A stretch of 64,000 nt of DNA from a virus. Lineage: Duplodnaviria; Caudoviricetes. The DNA is taken from the IMG/VR virus record IMGVR_UViG_3300047539_000055; one strand, given 5' to 3'. The translations under genes and the position numbers were made by a program. The notes below the pieces were generated by a model. That model searched no databases and was not told where the DNA came from. It worked only from the letters and a program-made list of their open reading frames with translations. Positions within the stretch are counted from its first letter, which is position 1. Each line of letters opens with the position of its first letter. Below are positions 19,122 through 28,783 of this stretch, in pieces.

Positions 19122-19346
19122 TTAATCTTCTGATTCCAATATGTCTTTAATATTTTTTAATGATGTTAAAATTTCGAAGTCAGCCGAGTATTCACCATGC
19201 CATTCTGAAACAAGTTTTGATAAGTCATCTACTGCTTCAATCGCACTATAGATTCTTGAACGCAAGTTCATGGACTCCACTTTGTCTGGACTTCTACCAC
19301 CAACCCAACCTTCACATATTGTCATTAATTCACGATCTGTTTTCAT
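19122..19346 (-). CDS. hypothetical protein
   Basis: Within the operon; MKTDRELMTICEG. Confidence 0.6.
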   Translation of the reverse strand: MKTDRELMTICEGWVGGRSPDKVESMNLRSRIYSAIEAVDDLSKLVSEWHGEYSADFEILTSLKNIKDILESED

Positions 19347-19348
19347 AA

Positions 19349-19996
19349 TTACCTCGCGAACGATTTCACAACTTGCTTCTTTACTTTTGTGCTACCAACT
19401 GCGGAATCTTTGCCAACCTTGAATTCAGCATCGTTCAAAGTTTTGCCCTTGGTCTTCTTGAATTCAGCAGGAATCAATTGATCCGTGCTTCCAATGGAAT
19501 TCTTGACAAGCTTCTCATTGTAAGTATCGCCAAAGTTTTCGCCACTGATTTCTTCATTATTCTGAACATCATATGGCTTTTCCAATAATGGCTTTTCGCT
19601 TGTATTCTTGGCAGCAGCATCGCCTTCCTTATTCATGCTGTCAGAATGACTTTCTTCTCCATCAGGGAAATACATATCGTTTGGCTTACCAGTCAACACA
19701 GCCACGGTTTCAAAAGCAAAACCAACAGACGCGATTGTATGTCTGATAGTATCCTGAGAAGCCGGATAAGAAACTTCAACATTGAAAACATAGGTTTCTG
19801 GTGACTGTAAACCAGGAAAATCCTTGTCAACTCGCTGAATTGGGAGACTCTTTGGCTTGGTAATTGAAATAAGGTTATACTTTTGCAAAGCATTCTCAAT
19901 TGCTGTCATCATTTCATTATCTGGAAGGAAAGATAACTTGATAATATACTCGTAATTACGAATACTTTCGGCTAAAACGGCGCTAAATTTTTTCAT
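19349..19996 (-). CDS. phage hypothetical protein (head region)
   Basis: MKKFSAVLAES...KSLPIQ...DFP; late motif upstream. Confidence 0.7.
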   Translation of the reverse strand: MKKFSAVLAESIRNYEYIIKLSFLPDNEMMTAIENALQKYNLISITKPKSLPIQRVDKDFPGLQSPETYVFNVEVSYPASQDTIRHTIASVGFAFETVAVLTGKPNDMYFPDGEESHSDSMNKEGDAAAKNTSEKPLLEKPYDVQNNEEISGENFGDTYNEKLVKNSIGSTDQLIPAEFKKTKGKTLNDAEFKVGKDSAVGSTKVKKQVVKSFAR

Positions 19997-20029
19997 ATGG
20001 ATTCCTCTTCTATATTTATGATTATTGAG

Positions 20030-20512
20030 TTATTTTCCCAACAAATGTCGCAGGATTTCGTTACGATCCAGCAATTTACTATCGCCCGGTAATTCTTCTA
20101 ATACTCCTGGTTCTTTTGTTTTATGATCTGCCAATTGTTTCTTGAGTTGCAGAGCAATCATATCCAATTTCTTCTTGATTTTGTTGGTTCTGGCGTTGAG
20201 TGCATGACCCAGCATATTTGCGGCTGCACCAGCAACTTCCCCAGCAAATCGCTGTTCCACAATGAAAGCAAGTTCAATCAAATCCTTATGAGCCTTTATA
20301 CCATAATCGGCAAGGTCATCAAATTCCTTATCAGACGCATCCAAACCACAAACTTGTGGTAATGCACGCTCAATCTTATCTAAATCCTTATATTGGAGTA
20401 GGGACACGGTTTCGGCTACTTCTAACTCAGTGTTTTCTGATTCTGGCTCTACTTCATCAGGGTCTAAATGAGTTAAATTGAATTCTTCTTCTAAATTCTT
20501 ATTGATTATCAT
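20030..20512 (-). CDS. helical phage protein, possibly small terminase subunit
   Basis: Start MIINKNLEEEF overlaps the gp4 stop (ATGA); coiled-coil character. Function is inferred from position only. Confidence 0.55.
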   Translation of the reverse strand: MIINKNLEEEFNLTHLDPDEVEPESENTELEVAETVSLLQYKDLDKIERALPQVCGLDASDKEFDDLADYGIKAHKDLIELAFIVEQRFAGEVAGAAANMLGHALNARTNKIKKKLDMIALQLKKQLADHKTKEPGVLEELPGDSKLLDRNEILRHLLGK

Positions 20513-20940
20513 AATTTTCCTTTGAATAGAATATCCTCTGTTATTAATCGAAACTGTAAACCATTCTTGGCGCAATATGCCAATGCACTTTGCCATTTTG
20601 CGTGATTTTTAATGATCTGTGCATTATTGACTGCACTTTTGGTTTTCTTCTCTCCAGTTTGATTTTTTGGTTTCACTTCAATAATCTCGGCATGTTTCTC
20701 ACCAGCCGCATCTACATAAACCATAAAAAAATCTGGAAAATATCCCTTTTGTTTATTAGTTAGTGGATCGCGGTAAGGGATTCTAATAGACTCACTGGCC
20801 CATTGTAACACACTCGGATGCAGATCAAGAAATATACAGAATGTACGCTCCCAACTACTTCTACAAATAGGATTTCTGCGGCCAACATATTTTTCCTTAT
20901 TTTTAACCATATATAATGATTTTTGAAATTTGTTTGCCAT
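20509..20940 (-). CDS. gp4: head completion nuclease gp4-like (TnsA-like PD-(D/E)xK)
   Basis: KYVG, CRSSWERTF, WASE, YFPDF, IEVKP, NHAKW, FRLITE. Confidence 0.9.
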   Translation of the reverse strand: MANKFQKSLYMVKNKEKYVGRRNPICRSSWERTFCIFLDLHPSVLQWASESIRIPYRDPLTNKQKGYFPDFFMVYVDAAGEKHAEIIEVKPKNQTGEKKTKSAVNNAQIIKNHAKWQSALAYCAKNGLQFRLITEDILFKGKL

Positions 20941-21248
20941 TATGCTGCTATCTCCCGTAAAACAAAATTTGGTGTTGTTAGATTTGGCGCAACACCAAGC
21001 AATGCATTTCTTGGACGAACATTATTCAATTGTGCGGCCAAATAAATGGCTTGTGCAGCAGTATTTCCTTTACTTTCTAGCAATTGTAAAAAGCTATAAA
21101 CACTAATCCCTAAATTTTGTGCAATGAGAAAGTAAGCTTGCTCCAATTCAGAAACAACTGTTGGATTAGAAGATTGCGTTTCTGCATAGGCACGAGCATA
21201 GTCAAAAGAGTTTCTTTCCGCGCCAAGTAACATTGAAGTTGTTGACAT
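20940..21248 (-). CDS. hypothetical protein
   Basis: Start MSTTS at 21248; coupled to gp4. Confidence 0.65.
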   Translation of the reverse strand: MSTTSMLLGAERNSFDYARAYAETQSSNPTVVSELEQAYFLIAQNLGISVYSFLQLLESKGNTAAQAIYLAAQLNNVRPRNALLGVAPNLTTPNFVLREIAA

Positions 21249-21249
21249 A

Positions 21250-22398
21250 TTATGCTCCGAGGACTTCTGGAGGTTGACCACTGGTACCATAACCATCTAC
21301 CACGGTTGGAACTGCCATTTGTAATGTGTTTCCACCAGTCAATGCTAATCCAACAGCTTGTGCAGTGGCAATGCTTTGAGTTAGAACTGTAGCTGTTGTG
21401 GCCTGACCAGTATTGACGCCCTTTTGAACCAATTGATTAGCAAGTTCAAATGAATTGGCAAGCACAGAACCAAGTTGATTATTGCCCCCTGGAGTTGTAT
21501 CGGTTAATGGACTTGGTTCTGTATCAAAGAATCGTTGTAATACAGCATCCCAACTTGCAATTTCATTATCGTTAACAATACCAGCATTATACAAAACAGT
21601 TTCATATTCGATACTCATTTTATTTTGCATAAATTCAGAATTTGCTAAATCAACAGTATCGTGTGCAAATGAAGTAATAACCGGATTTACCAATACATAT
21701 TCACTATATTGTGGCCCCACATTTGGATCAGTTGTACGATTGAATTGATAGATACGAATGCTGCGAAAAAATGGATTGGTGCGATTTAGTGGAGAACCAA
21801 GCGCATTAACGGTGTCCAAACCATAATTCACACCCCAATTAGTTGAAGTGCTATATAAAGTTTCAACATCACTAGTGCTTGGTGACCATTGATTTGGAAT
21901 GGAAATGCCTTGTAATTGTGTAGCTTGAAAATTCACATATCGAGGGTCTTGAATCATATATTGATAATAAGCATACCAAAATCCACGAATAGCATCAACA
22001 GTATCATCCCAAAAAGTGAGTTCAATTGGATCATAATTAATTTTTGTTGTGATTAAACTTGGACGATTGTATTGATTTTTCGTTTCAACTTTAAATTTGA
22101 AATCTGGTAACTTTGCTGTTCGTGCCAATATACCCAAAATTGGCAAATTACTAGGAAGCCAGTTAATACTCAAATTTGATACTGCGGAACCTAACGCGGC
22201 GGTTACTGCGGTAACAGCGGCCGGATCCATTTCAAAGAAAATATGAAACCAATTTTTGCTTTTTGGTAGAAAGCTGGAATTATTTGGTCGAAAAATCTTA
22301 GAAGCGTGTTGATAATCACGTAAAGTCGTAAAATGGTTATTCGACTGACGCTGTAAAGCGTTGAATCCTGTCGCGAGTATTGAACTTAGAGTTCCCAT
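21250..22398 (-). CDS. tail-tube-fold baseplate protein (gp54/gp48-like)
   Basis: NQYNR...INYDPIELTFWDD, LVNPVITSFAHD, MSIEYE resemble tube-family motifs. Confidence 0.7.
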   Translation of the reverse strand: MGTLSSILATGFNALQRQSNNHFTTLRDYQHASKIFRPNNSSFLPKSKNWFHIFFEMDPAAVTAVTAALGSAVSNLSINWLPSNLPILGILARTAKLPDFKFKVETKNQYNRPSLITTKINYDPIELTFWDDTVDAIRGFWYAYYQYMIQDPRYVNFQATQLQGISIPNQWSPSTSDVETLYSTSTNWGVNYGLDTVNALGSPLNRTNPFFRSIRIYQFNRTTDPNVGPQYSEYVLVNPVITSFAHDTVDLANSEFMQNKMSIEYETVLYNAGIVNDNEIASWDAVLQRFFDTEPSPLTDTTPGGNNQLGSVLANSFELANQLVQKGVNTGQATTATVLTQSIATAQAVGLALTGGNTLQMAVPTVVDGYGTSGQPPEVLGA

Positions 22399-22416
22399 AG
22401 TTATATTTATACAAAT

Positions 22417-23649
22417 TTAGGAACGTTGCAGAGCAGCGATTTTTACTTTTTCGCTGGGGTTTTTGAGATGAGAAAGTGCACCCCCGTTCCGTTTTACCGC
22501 AGCAAGTTGCATTTTTTCGCTGGGGTTTTTGATGAATTTAATTGCATATCCGTCTTGTTTTACCGCAGCAAGTTGTACTTCTTCGCTGGGGTTTTTGATA
22601 TATTGAATTGCATATCCGTCTTGTTTTACCGCAGCAAGTTGTACTTCTTCGCTGGGGTTTTTGATGAATTGAATTGCATTTCCGTAGTCATTTACCGCAG
22701 TGAGTTGCGATTTTTCGCTAGGGTTTTGAATATATTGAATTGCATATCCGTTTTGTTTTACCGCAGCAAGTTGCACTTCTTCGCTGGGGTTTTTGATGAA
22801 TTGAATTGCCCATACATATACATTCTGTTTTACCGCAGCAAGTTGTATTTCTTCGCTGGGGTTTTTGATAAGGGGCAAATACAAGTTCTTAATGGCAATC
22901 GGTTCAAATATTTGATACAAAATTGGGTACTTGTTTGCCAATTCTTGTGGATTAATTTGGGTATCTTGAGCATTCATAAACTGACCTGAGCCAAAGTGAA
23001 ACTGATATTTTTCGTTTGTTCCCTTGGTGATTATTATATAAAGAGGGTCATTTGGTTTATTGTACTGAGAAAACATATTATTTTTGGTAGTAGCAGCAGT
23101 ACACCACTTGGTACCTTTTCCAAAGAAGCAACTTGCTTGTTCCGTTTTTGGTATTAGGACTTTGATTTGATTGTCGTTATATAATAGTTTTGCTTGATTT
23201 TTGCTGTAAAATGTCTGTTCTTCTGTATTTGCCTGTTCTTTATTGGAGACGACTTGTTTTGGTTGGTAGGTATCAACTATTGATTCCAAAGACGAAAGCC
23301 CCCTCACCTGGTTGATGTCTCTTACTTGCAACGGAGGAGTTAGATTTGGTTTTCTCAACAAAGCTTTGAATTTTTCAATTTCTGGAATTGCTCTACTAGC
23401 AATATCTTCGTATCTCTGAATGCCCCCGTTAAATTTTGGATTATCGGAGTTTGCATAGTTCATGACTAACCAGAAAGTAAACTCTTTGTTTGGGGTTTGG
23501 TCAAGATTGGATATTTGCTGTATGATTTCCTGTGATGTTTTGTTTTTTGGAGCAGTTGTATCTGTCTTGCTTTTAGCTACTAACTTATTGGCAAAGTCAT
23601 TGAGCAGTCTTTGTTCATTATATTCGTTGAGTATTTCTGCGCATTTCAT
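22417..23649 (-). CDS. protein with a KWCTA N-terminal domain and ~7 tandem 22-aa helical repeats (DUF4116-like)
   Basis: Start MKCAEILNE; ASCFFGKGTKWCTAA; IKNPSEEVQLAAVKQDGYAIQY repeats. Confidence 0.75.
   Translation of the reverse strand: MKCAEILNEYNEQRLLNDFANKLVAKSKTDTTAPKNKTSQEIIQQISNLDQTPNKEFTFWLVMNYANSDNPKFNGGIQRYEDIASRAIPEIEKFKALLRKPNLTPPLQVRDINQVRGLSSLESIVDTYQPKQVVSNKEQANTEEQTFYSKNQAKLLYNDNQIKVLIPKTEQASCFFGKGTKWCTAATTKNNMFSQYNKPNDPLYIIITKGTNEKYQFHFGSGQFMNAQDTQINPQELANKYPILYQIFEPIAIKNLYLPLIKNPSEEIQLAAVKQNVYVWAIQFIKNPSEEVQLAAVKQNGYAIQYIQNPSEKSQLTAVNDYGNAIQFIKNPSEEVQLAAVKQDGYAIQYIKNPSEEVQLAAVKQDGYAIKFIKNPSEKMQLAAVKRNGGALSHLKNPSEKVKIAALQRS
22430..22870 (-). repeat. 66-bp coding tandem repeat
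   Basis: Repeated tcgctggggtttttgat...ttttaccgcagcaagttg units. Confidence 0.85.
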
Positions 23650-23662
23650 AGTTATATTTATC

Positions 23663-23698
23663 CAAAAAGAAAACCCGCCGAACATAGTTAGGCGGGTT
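23663..23698 (-). terminator. intrinsic terminator after the tail tube gene
   Basis: AACCCGCC/GGCGGGTT hairpin followed by a T-run on the minus strand. Confidence 0.75.
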
Positions 23699-23717
23699 AA
23701 AGTAGTTCAATACTTTA

Positions 23718-24329
23718 TTAAATCGCGAGAACACCTAGTGTACGAGGAACTGGTGAACCAACTCCATAGGCTGTCTGAATTGCGTTATCAAATAGGATAT
23801 TCAAGGTGATTTGAACGGGGTCCGAAGTCTTATAATCCAAAGAATCATAATCTGCGCTGCTAATATAGCAACCAACCAAGTCCCAAGTTTCAGTAATTGT
23901 TGGCTCACTGATACCATTACCACCATCCAACATCTGGCAAAGCATTTCAAATTTATAATCGGATGCGGAAGCAGCAGATGCTTGGTTCAAAAAGTCAAAC
24001 TGACGCTGAACTTGCTGTCCAACCAAAGTTTGAATCTGTGACTCAACATCATCACGAATCTTAACTGTAATTGCTTCCCATGTTGGCTTGCCAGCATAGT
24101 GAACTTTGGAGTTATAAACATCAATAACCTGTTCATCAAACTTCACTGATGGACGTTTGAAATCTACAACTTGCTTTGTTAATTCTGTAGTGTCGGTAGA
24201 AACACCAAACCCAATAAACAGAATACGAAATCTGTACTTGAGTTTGGGCATTATTAGCCCCTGACCGCTGGCCGAATTGCCAATATCACTAAGTGGAACG
24301 GTAAAATTAAGCAACGATGCTGTACTCAC
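23718..24329 (-). CDS. gp19: tail tube protein
   Basis: MPKLKYRFR, YNSKVHYAGKPTWEAI, ETWDLVGCY, FDNA; downstream of the sheath gene. Confidence 0.92.
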   Translation of the reverse strand: MSTASLLNFTVPLSDIGNSASGQGLIMPKLKYRFRILFIGFGVSTDTTELTKQVVDFKRPSVKFDEQVIDVYNSKVHYAGKPTWEAITVKIRDDVESQIQTLVGQQVQRQFDFLNQASAASASDYKFEMLCQMLDGGNGISEPTITETWDLVGCYISSADYDSLDYKTSDPVQITLNILFDNAIQTAYGVGSPVPRTLGVLAI

Positions 24330-24363
24330 GATGTATCTCCCGTATAAATTATACTGATTATAT

Positions 24364-25374
24364 TTATACTTTTTTCAAATTTTCTAAAATCATACTTTTA
24401 ATCTTAAATGAGTTTTCTAACCAGTCATCTTCCCAAAAGGAAAGCAACTTGATATCATTATTAAGACACATTTGATATTTGTATTTATCCTTTTTCCAAA
24501 TTTCTGAAACCGCTATTTTCCCACGGTTTGAGCGAACCATATCAGTTGGTTTATACAATTTTGGATTTCCATGCCAGTAATTTCCTTGAATCTCAATGGC
24601 CACTTTATATTCTGGTAAATAGAAATCTAATTCCTTTGGCTTTATTTGTTTCATATCATTTTGCTTAAATTCTATATTATTTTCTTTTAACCAATTTGCT
24701 AATTCAACCTCATAACAAGAACGAACTCTTGAAATGATATTCAATCCTAACTTACGATGATAAACAACAATTGTACTTTTACTAACATTTAATTTATCAG
24801 CCATTTTTCGAGTTCCTAAATTTAATAACATTTCAGAAAATTTTTCTTTATTGTTTAATGTTTCACGAGCAAGTTCAGTAAAATGTACTTGTTTTTCGTG
24901 TATAACACCATAATCAGAGATACAATTTTGTTGTCGAGTATTAATTTGTTTTTTCATTATATCTTTATTACCATTAGCACTTATCGAACCATATCGCATT
25001 AAACAAGTTTGTTTTGTTTGTTCTTGAATGGTTGATAATCCTTGTATTCCTAGAACTCCATACTTATTCAACATTGTCTTATTTCTATTGTCAATAGTAC
25101 ACTGACATGATACTTTACAATTGAATTGAGAACCCTTTCTACTTTTTTTGAATTTTTGTTTTAATCCGTATGGACAAATTAACTTAAATCCATTGTGTAA
25201 TAACAACCAAACTTTTGCTGACAGCGATTCTGTTTCGTTAGGATAATTCTTTTCAAATTTAACTTTAATAAATGAAACTAATTCTCTGTCTCGTTTAATC
25301 GCGTCAATTGCTCTATAATGGCCAATTTCTTGAATTCTTAATACTTCGGCAATAGCAGTTTCTTCTGTATACAT
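24364..25374 (-). CDS. free-standing endonuclease (Vsr/DUF559-like PD-(D/E)xK C-terminus)
   Basis: KYGV repeats, HTH-like segment, ELDFYLPEYKVAIEIQGNYWH, FWEDDW. Inserted between sheath and tube genes. Confidence 0.8.
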   Translation of the reverse strand: MYTEETAIAEVLRIQEIGHYRAIDAIKRDRELVSFIKVKFEKNYPNETESLSAKVWLLLHNGFKLICPYGLKQKFKKSRKGSQFNCKVSCQCTIDNRNKTMLNKYGVLGIQGLSTIQEQTKQTCLMRYGSISANGNKDIMKKQINTRQQNCISDYGVIHEKQVHFTELARETLNNKEKFSEMLLNLGTRKMADKLNVSKSTIVVYHRKLGLNIISRVRSCYEVELANWLKENNIEFKQNDMKQIKPKELDFYLPEYKVAIEIQGNYWHGNPKLYKPTDMVRSNRGKIAVSEIWKKDKYKYQMCLNNDIKLLSFWEDDWLENSFKIKSMILENLKKV

Positions 25375-25420
25375 AATGGTAACATCCTCTTTACTAACTC
25401 TATTTAGCCTGATACAAAAG

Positions 25421-25449
25421 AAAAAGGCTGGGATTATCCCAGCCTTTTT
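25421..25449. terminator. bidirectional intrinsic terminator after the sheath gene
   Basis: AAAAAGGCTGGGA-TTA-TCCCAGCCTTTTT perfect hairpin. Confidence 0.8.
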
Positions 25450-25466
25450 AAGTTATTTTGGTTTAA

Positions 25467-28400
25467 TTATCCGGCGGTTACGCTACTTGTTGTGATAACG
25501 CCCTGTCCAACCAAGGTTAATGGAATATAAATGAATTCCACAGCGGTTGTTGGAGCAATAGCAACATCGACATAAAGTTCATTTGCGTCAATGGTTGCTG
25601 GTGTATTGTTTGTCAAATCGCATACAATTGCGTAATCAGTGATTCCACGAAGTGCTTGAAGACCCTTGAGGAATTCTCCAATCTGGTATGAAATTCCGGA
25701 ACGAGTAATGGAATCGTTTTGTTCAAATACATACTGTCCACCAATCGTGTTAAGTGCGCCACGAAGATAGATAACCAAACGAGCCACGTTGATACGGCTG
25801 AGTTCTGTATCCTGACCGCTACGAGTCTTCTGTCCGTAAATCTGAATACCACTAGCTTGGAAATTGCTAATTGGGTTCACATATGCAGGATAGAGAACAT
25901 CGCGCAAGGCTTTGGAAATACTGTTAGTGATGTAATCGCCAGTCTGACCATCAACATAACCAAGAGAGCTAACGTTTGTTACTACGCCTCTACGTGGTCC
26001 TGCTGGTGCAAACCAAGGATATGAAACTGCATCACTTTGAATGATGGTTGGTAATGCCATATAAGCGGCTGGAACAACAATTTCATTACCACTAAGATCG
26101 GTGGTTAGACCGGCAGGGTAATAAACTGCTGCGTAATCGTAAAAGGTTACCAAACCATCAACTCCATCAGTCGTTGCTTGATTGAGATTGTTGGCCCAAG
26201 TATTCAAAGCATTTGCATTGGCTTGTAGTGTCAATGGACTGTCGGAAACAATAAATGCTGTTTCACCGCGAGCTTCATTGAGAGAAACAAGCGTTGGCAG
26301 AACCTCTGGATATCCTGGAACTGTCATTAGATTGAAATTGTAAAATTCATCTTGAATCTGCGTGCTATTTTCAACAGCAGAGATAAGAGCCTTTACAACC
26401 ACGTTGCGTTGTGCTGCACTTCCTTGATATGCAACTCCGCTTTCATTGTTTCCACTTAGGGTTACCCAAGTATCGGCAAAAGGAACAGCGTCAGTCACAG
26501 TAAAGTGATTAGCATTGAACTGCTTCACATTCATTCCGCTTCTGCGGGTGTTGAAGAGAAGAGTTCCACGAGGAGACAAAGCATAAATTGGTGCATCGGT
26601 ATCCAAAGCAACTGGAGTGATGGTTACCAATGTGCTGATTGGTGTAAGAACACCCAAACCTGGATCAACATTACCATAAGCAGACCAACGAGCGTCAGCA
26701 AAAATGATACCATTGCTGCTGGTATGATCGGCATTATTGATTTGTGTCCAAACATTGCCAGTGCTAAAGCGATAGATGTTTGGAAGTGTATCCAAATCTG
26801 AAGTATTGAGCCATAGATCGCCATAAGCAAGTGCATTACCATTGTTTTGAGTCAATGGTGCAGATGCGGCGGCAATTGGCCCACTTGCATCAGTCAATGT
26901 TAGATTGAATCCACGAGCATCAGCCGAAACTGTCTTATAACTTGCCCACGCGCTACCAGTATTGATCAAAATATCGGCAACGGTTGGATCATCATAATAC
27001 CAGATTGTCTGATCTGCTGGATCAGCGGTTGGTGCAACACCACCAACGACATAAGTTGGTGCTACCCAATTGCTCTGCTTACCAACTGTGAATCCAAGGG
27101 AAGCAAGAGGAGTATGTGTTCCATCATATAGATAGAATGTTGCTCCATCAGAGTTTTCAATGTAAACTTGGTTAGTTGCATTGATTCCAGAAGAAATTCC
27201 TGGGATTGATGCGCTGTTTACTGCGGCAACCAAATTGCTTGGAAGTGTACCAACAGTTGTAATTGTAACATTACCCAAGAACGTGTTGTTTCCTTCTTCT
27301 GCACTATTGATGTAGAAAATAGAATTGGCAGTAAGGGTGGTAACTGCGCTATTGGCTGTTCCCGTTGCAACAACTGGCCCAACAACACGCTCCAAAAGAA
27401 CCGAAGCTGCGTTAGAACCGAATGCGCCATCTTCCAAATACAATGTTCCTGCTGGAATATTGATACCGCCGCCAACTGGATCAAGTTGATTGTTGATAAC
27501 TGCATCATTGAGTGCAACAATTACAGCATCAACAGACCAAGAATCACTGGTTGAATTGAACTCACGAACAACAATGTTTGCACCCTCTTGCTGTGGAGTT
27601 GTGTTGAACCATACTGAATCTGTTGGTTCTGGTGTGGCATCAGTTGGAAGCCATTGAGGAACGTCTGTAAATGGACTTGCCTGATATGCTGGTGCAAAAT
27701 AAGTTGCAGCCTTGATACCGACATTTCCAAGAACCGAAACATCGCCGCCAACAACTACATTGCCGTTTCCACCGTTTCCAGAATCATCAACAAAAATGGC
27801 GAGACGGCCGGAAATTGCGGCTGCATTTACGCCTGTGATATCTGCTGCGTTGATTCCGCTTACAATAGCAGACAAGTTGTTTGCTGTGAAGCCAACGTTA
27901 GAACCGTTCAAAATGATATTGCCAGTTACCGTTGGACTAGTGTTTGCTCCAATAACAGTAGCAACAGTATCTTGCCATGCCAAAGAACCAACAAGCACCC
28001 AAGTTCCAAGATAATTCTGATACCAAACTGGATTGCTTGCGGCAGTTGTAACTACAGCATAATCACCTGGCTTTCCGATTGAAGAAAGTGGCTGGCAGTT
28101 TGAACCAAGGAATGCAGTCAACGGACTAATATTTCCAGTGGTCTGGTTTACGCTGGTAATAACGAATAACTTACCGTTTCCAGATGCATTTGCTGGAATA
28201 ATTGGAGAGAATGAAAGAGATGCTGCATCCCACTCAAACAAACCCCAATCTGTTGCCGAAGTATCAAGCCATAGAGTATTGTTTGGTGGTAATCCAACAG
28301 GAGCGGTGAGTGAGCCAGAAAGTGCGGCCAAATCAACTGGCGCTCTCATAATATAGGCGGCATCGCTTACACCAAGAGCAGAGTAGGCAGTGATTAGACC

Positions 28401-28673
28401 ATATTCATTTTGTTCGCTGGCATTGACAGGAGTTCCCTGCACTGTTTCAAAAATTGGTGCGCCGAAATCATTGATTAGGCTACGCTGACTTGTTTCCAAA
28501 ATCATTGTTCCAGCGGTGTTTGCTGTTGTGTATTGTGCAAGGGTACTGCTTTGGTTTACTTTGTTTTCTGCTGTTGCCAACAGAATGAATGGAACTGTAC
28601 CAGTTGGTGCGCTTGTAAACTGGGTTTCATCAACCACAGTTACTTGGACGCCAGGCGAGATTAATGTACTCAT
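25467..28673 (-). CDS. gp18: tail sheath protein (1068 aa, with insertion domains)
   Basis: MSTLISPGVQVTVVDET, PWFAPAGPRRG, YGQKT, RINVARL, EFIYIP. Confidence 0.95.
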   Translation of the reverse strand: MSTLISPGVQVTVVDETQFTSAPTGTVPFILLATAENKVNQSSTLAQYTTANTAGTMILETSQRSLINDFGAPIFETVQGTPVNASEQNEYGLITAYSALGVSDAAYIMRAPVDLAALSGSLTAPVGLPPNNTLWLDTSATDWGLFEWDAASLSFSPIIPANASGNGKLFVITSVNQTTGNISPLTAFLGSNCQPLSSIGKPGDYAVVTTAASNPVWYQNYLGTWVLVGSLAWQDTVATVIGANTSPTVTGNIILNGSNVGFTANNLSAIVSGINAADITGVNAAAISGRLAIFVDDSGNGGNGNVVVGGDVSVLGNVGIKAATYFAPAYQASPFTDVPQWLPTDATPEPTDSVWFNTTPQQEGANIVVREFNSTSDSWSVDAVIVALNDAVINNQLDPVGGGINIPAGTLYLEDGAFGSNAASVLLERVVGPVVATGTANSAVTTLTANSIFYINSAEEGNNTFLGNVTITTVGTLPSNLVAAVNSASIPGISSGINATNQVYIENSDGATFYLYDGTHTPLASLGFTVGKQSNWVAPTYVVGGVAPTADPADQTIWYYDDPTVADILINTGSAWASYKTVSADARGFNLTLTDASGPIAAASAPLTQNNGNALAYGDLWLNTSDLDTLPNIYRFSTGNVWTQINNADHTSSNGIIFADARWSAYGNVDPGLGVLTPISTLVTITPVALDTDAPIYALSPRGTLLFNTRRSGMNVKQFNANHFTVTDAVPFADTWVTLSGNNESGVAYQGSAAQRNVVVKALISAVENSTQIQDEFYNFNLMTVPGYPEVLPTLVSLNEARGETAFIVSDSPLTLQANANALNTWANNLNQATTDGVDGLVTFYDYAAVYYPAGLTTDLSGNEIVVPAAYMALPTIIQSDAVSYPWFAPAGPRRGVVTNVSSLGYVDGQTGDYITNSISKALRDVLYPAYVNPISNFQASGIQIYGQKTRSGQDTELSRINVARLVIYLRGALNTIGGQYVFEQNDSITRSGISYQIGEFLKGLQALRGITDYAIVCDLTNNTPATIDANELYVDVAIAPTTAVEFIYIPLTLVGQGVITTSSVTAG

Positions 28674-28783
28674 GGCTTCTCCTCTCTAGTGCTACTATCA
28701 AATTGTCTATGCTACCGTATGACAATATTTATCATACAACATCAAAACAACCTGTTTTAGCGAGGCATTGTCAAAAGTATATT

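Noticed and set aside
22417-22989. DGR template/variable repeat pair, and antisense ORF 22426-22989
   Set aside because: The repeats are in-frame tandem protein repeats with no adenine-specific pattern established and no reverse transcriptase in the window. The antisense ORF is a shadow.
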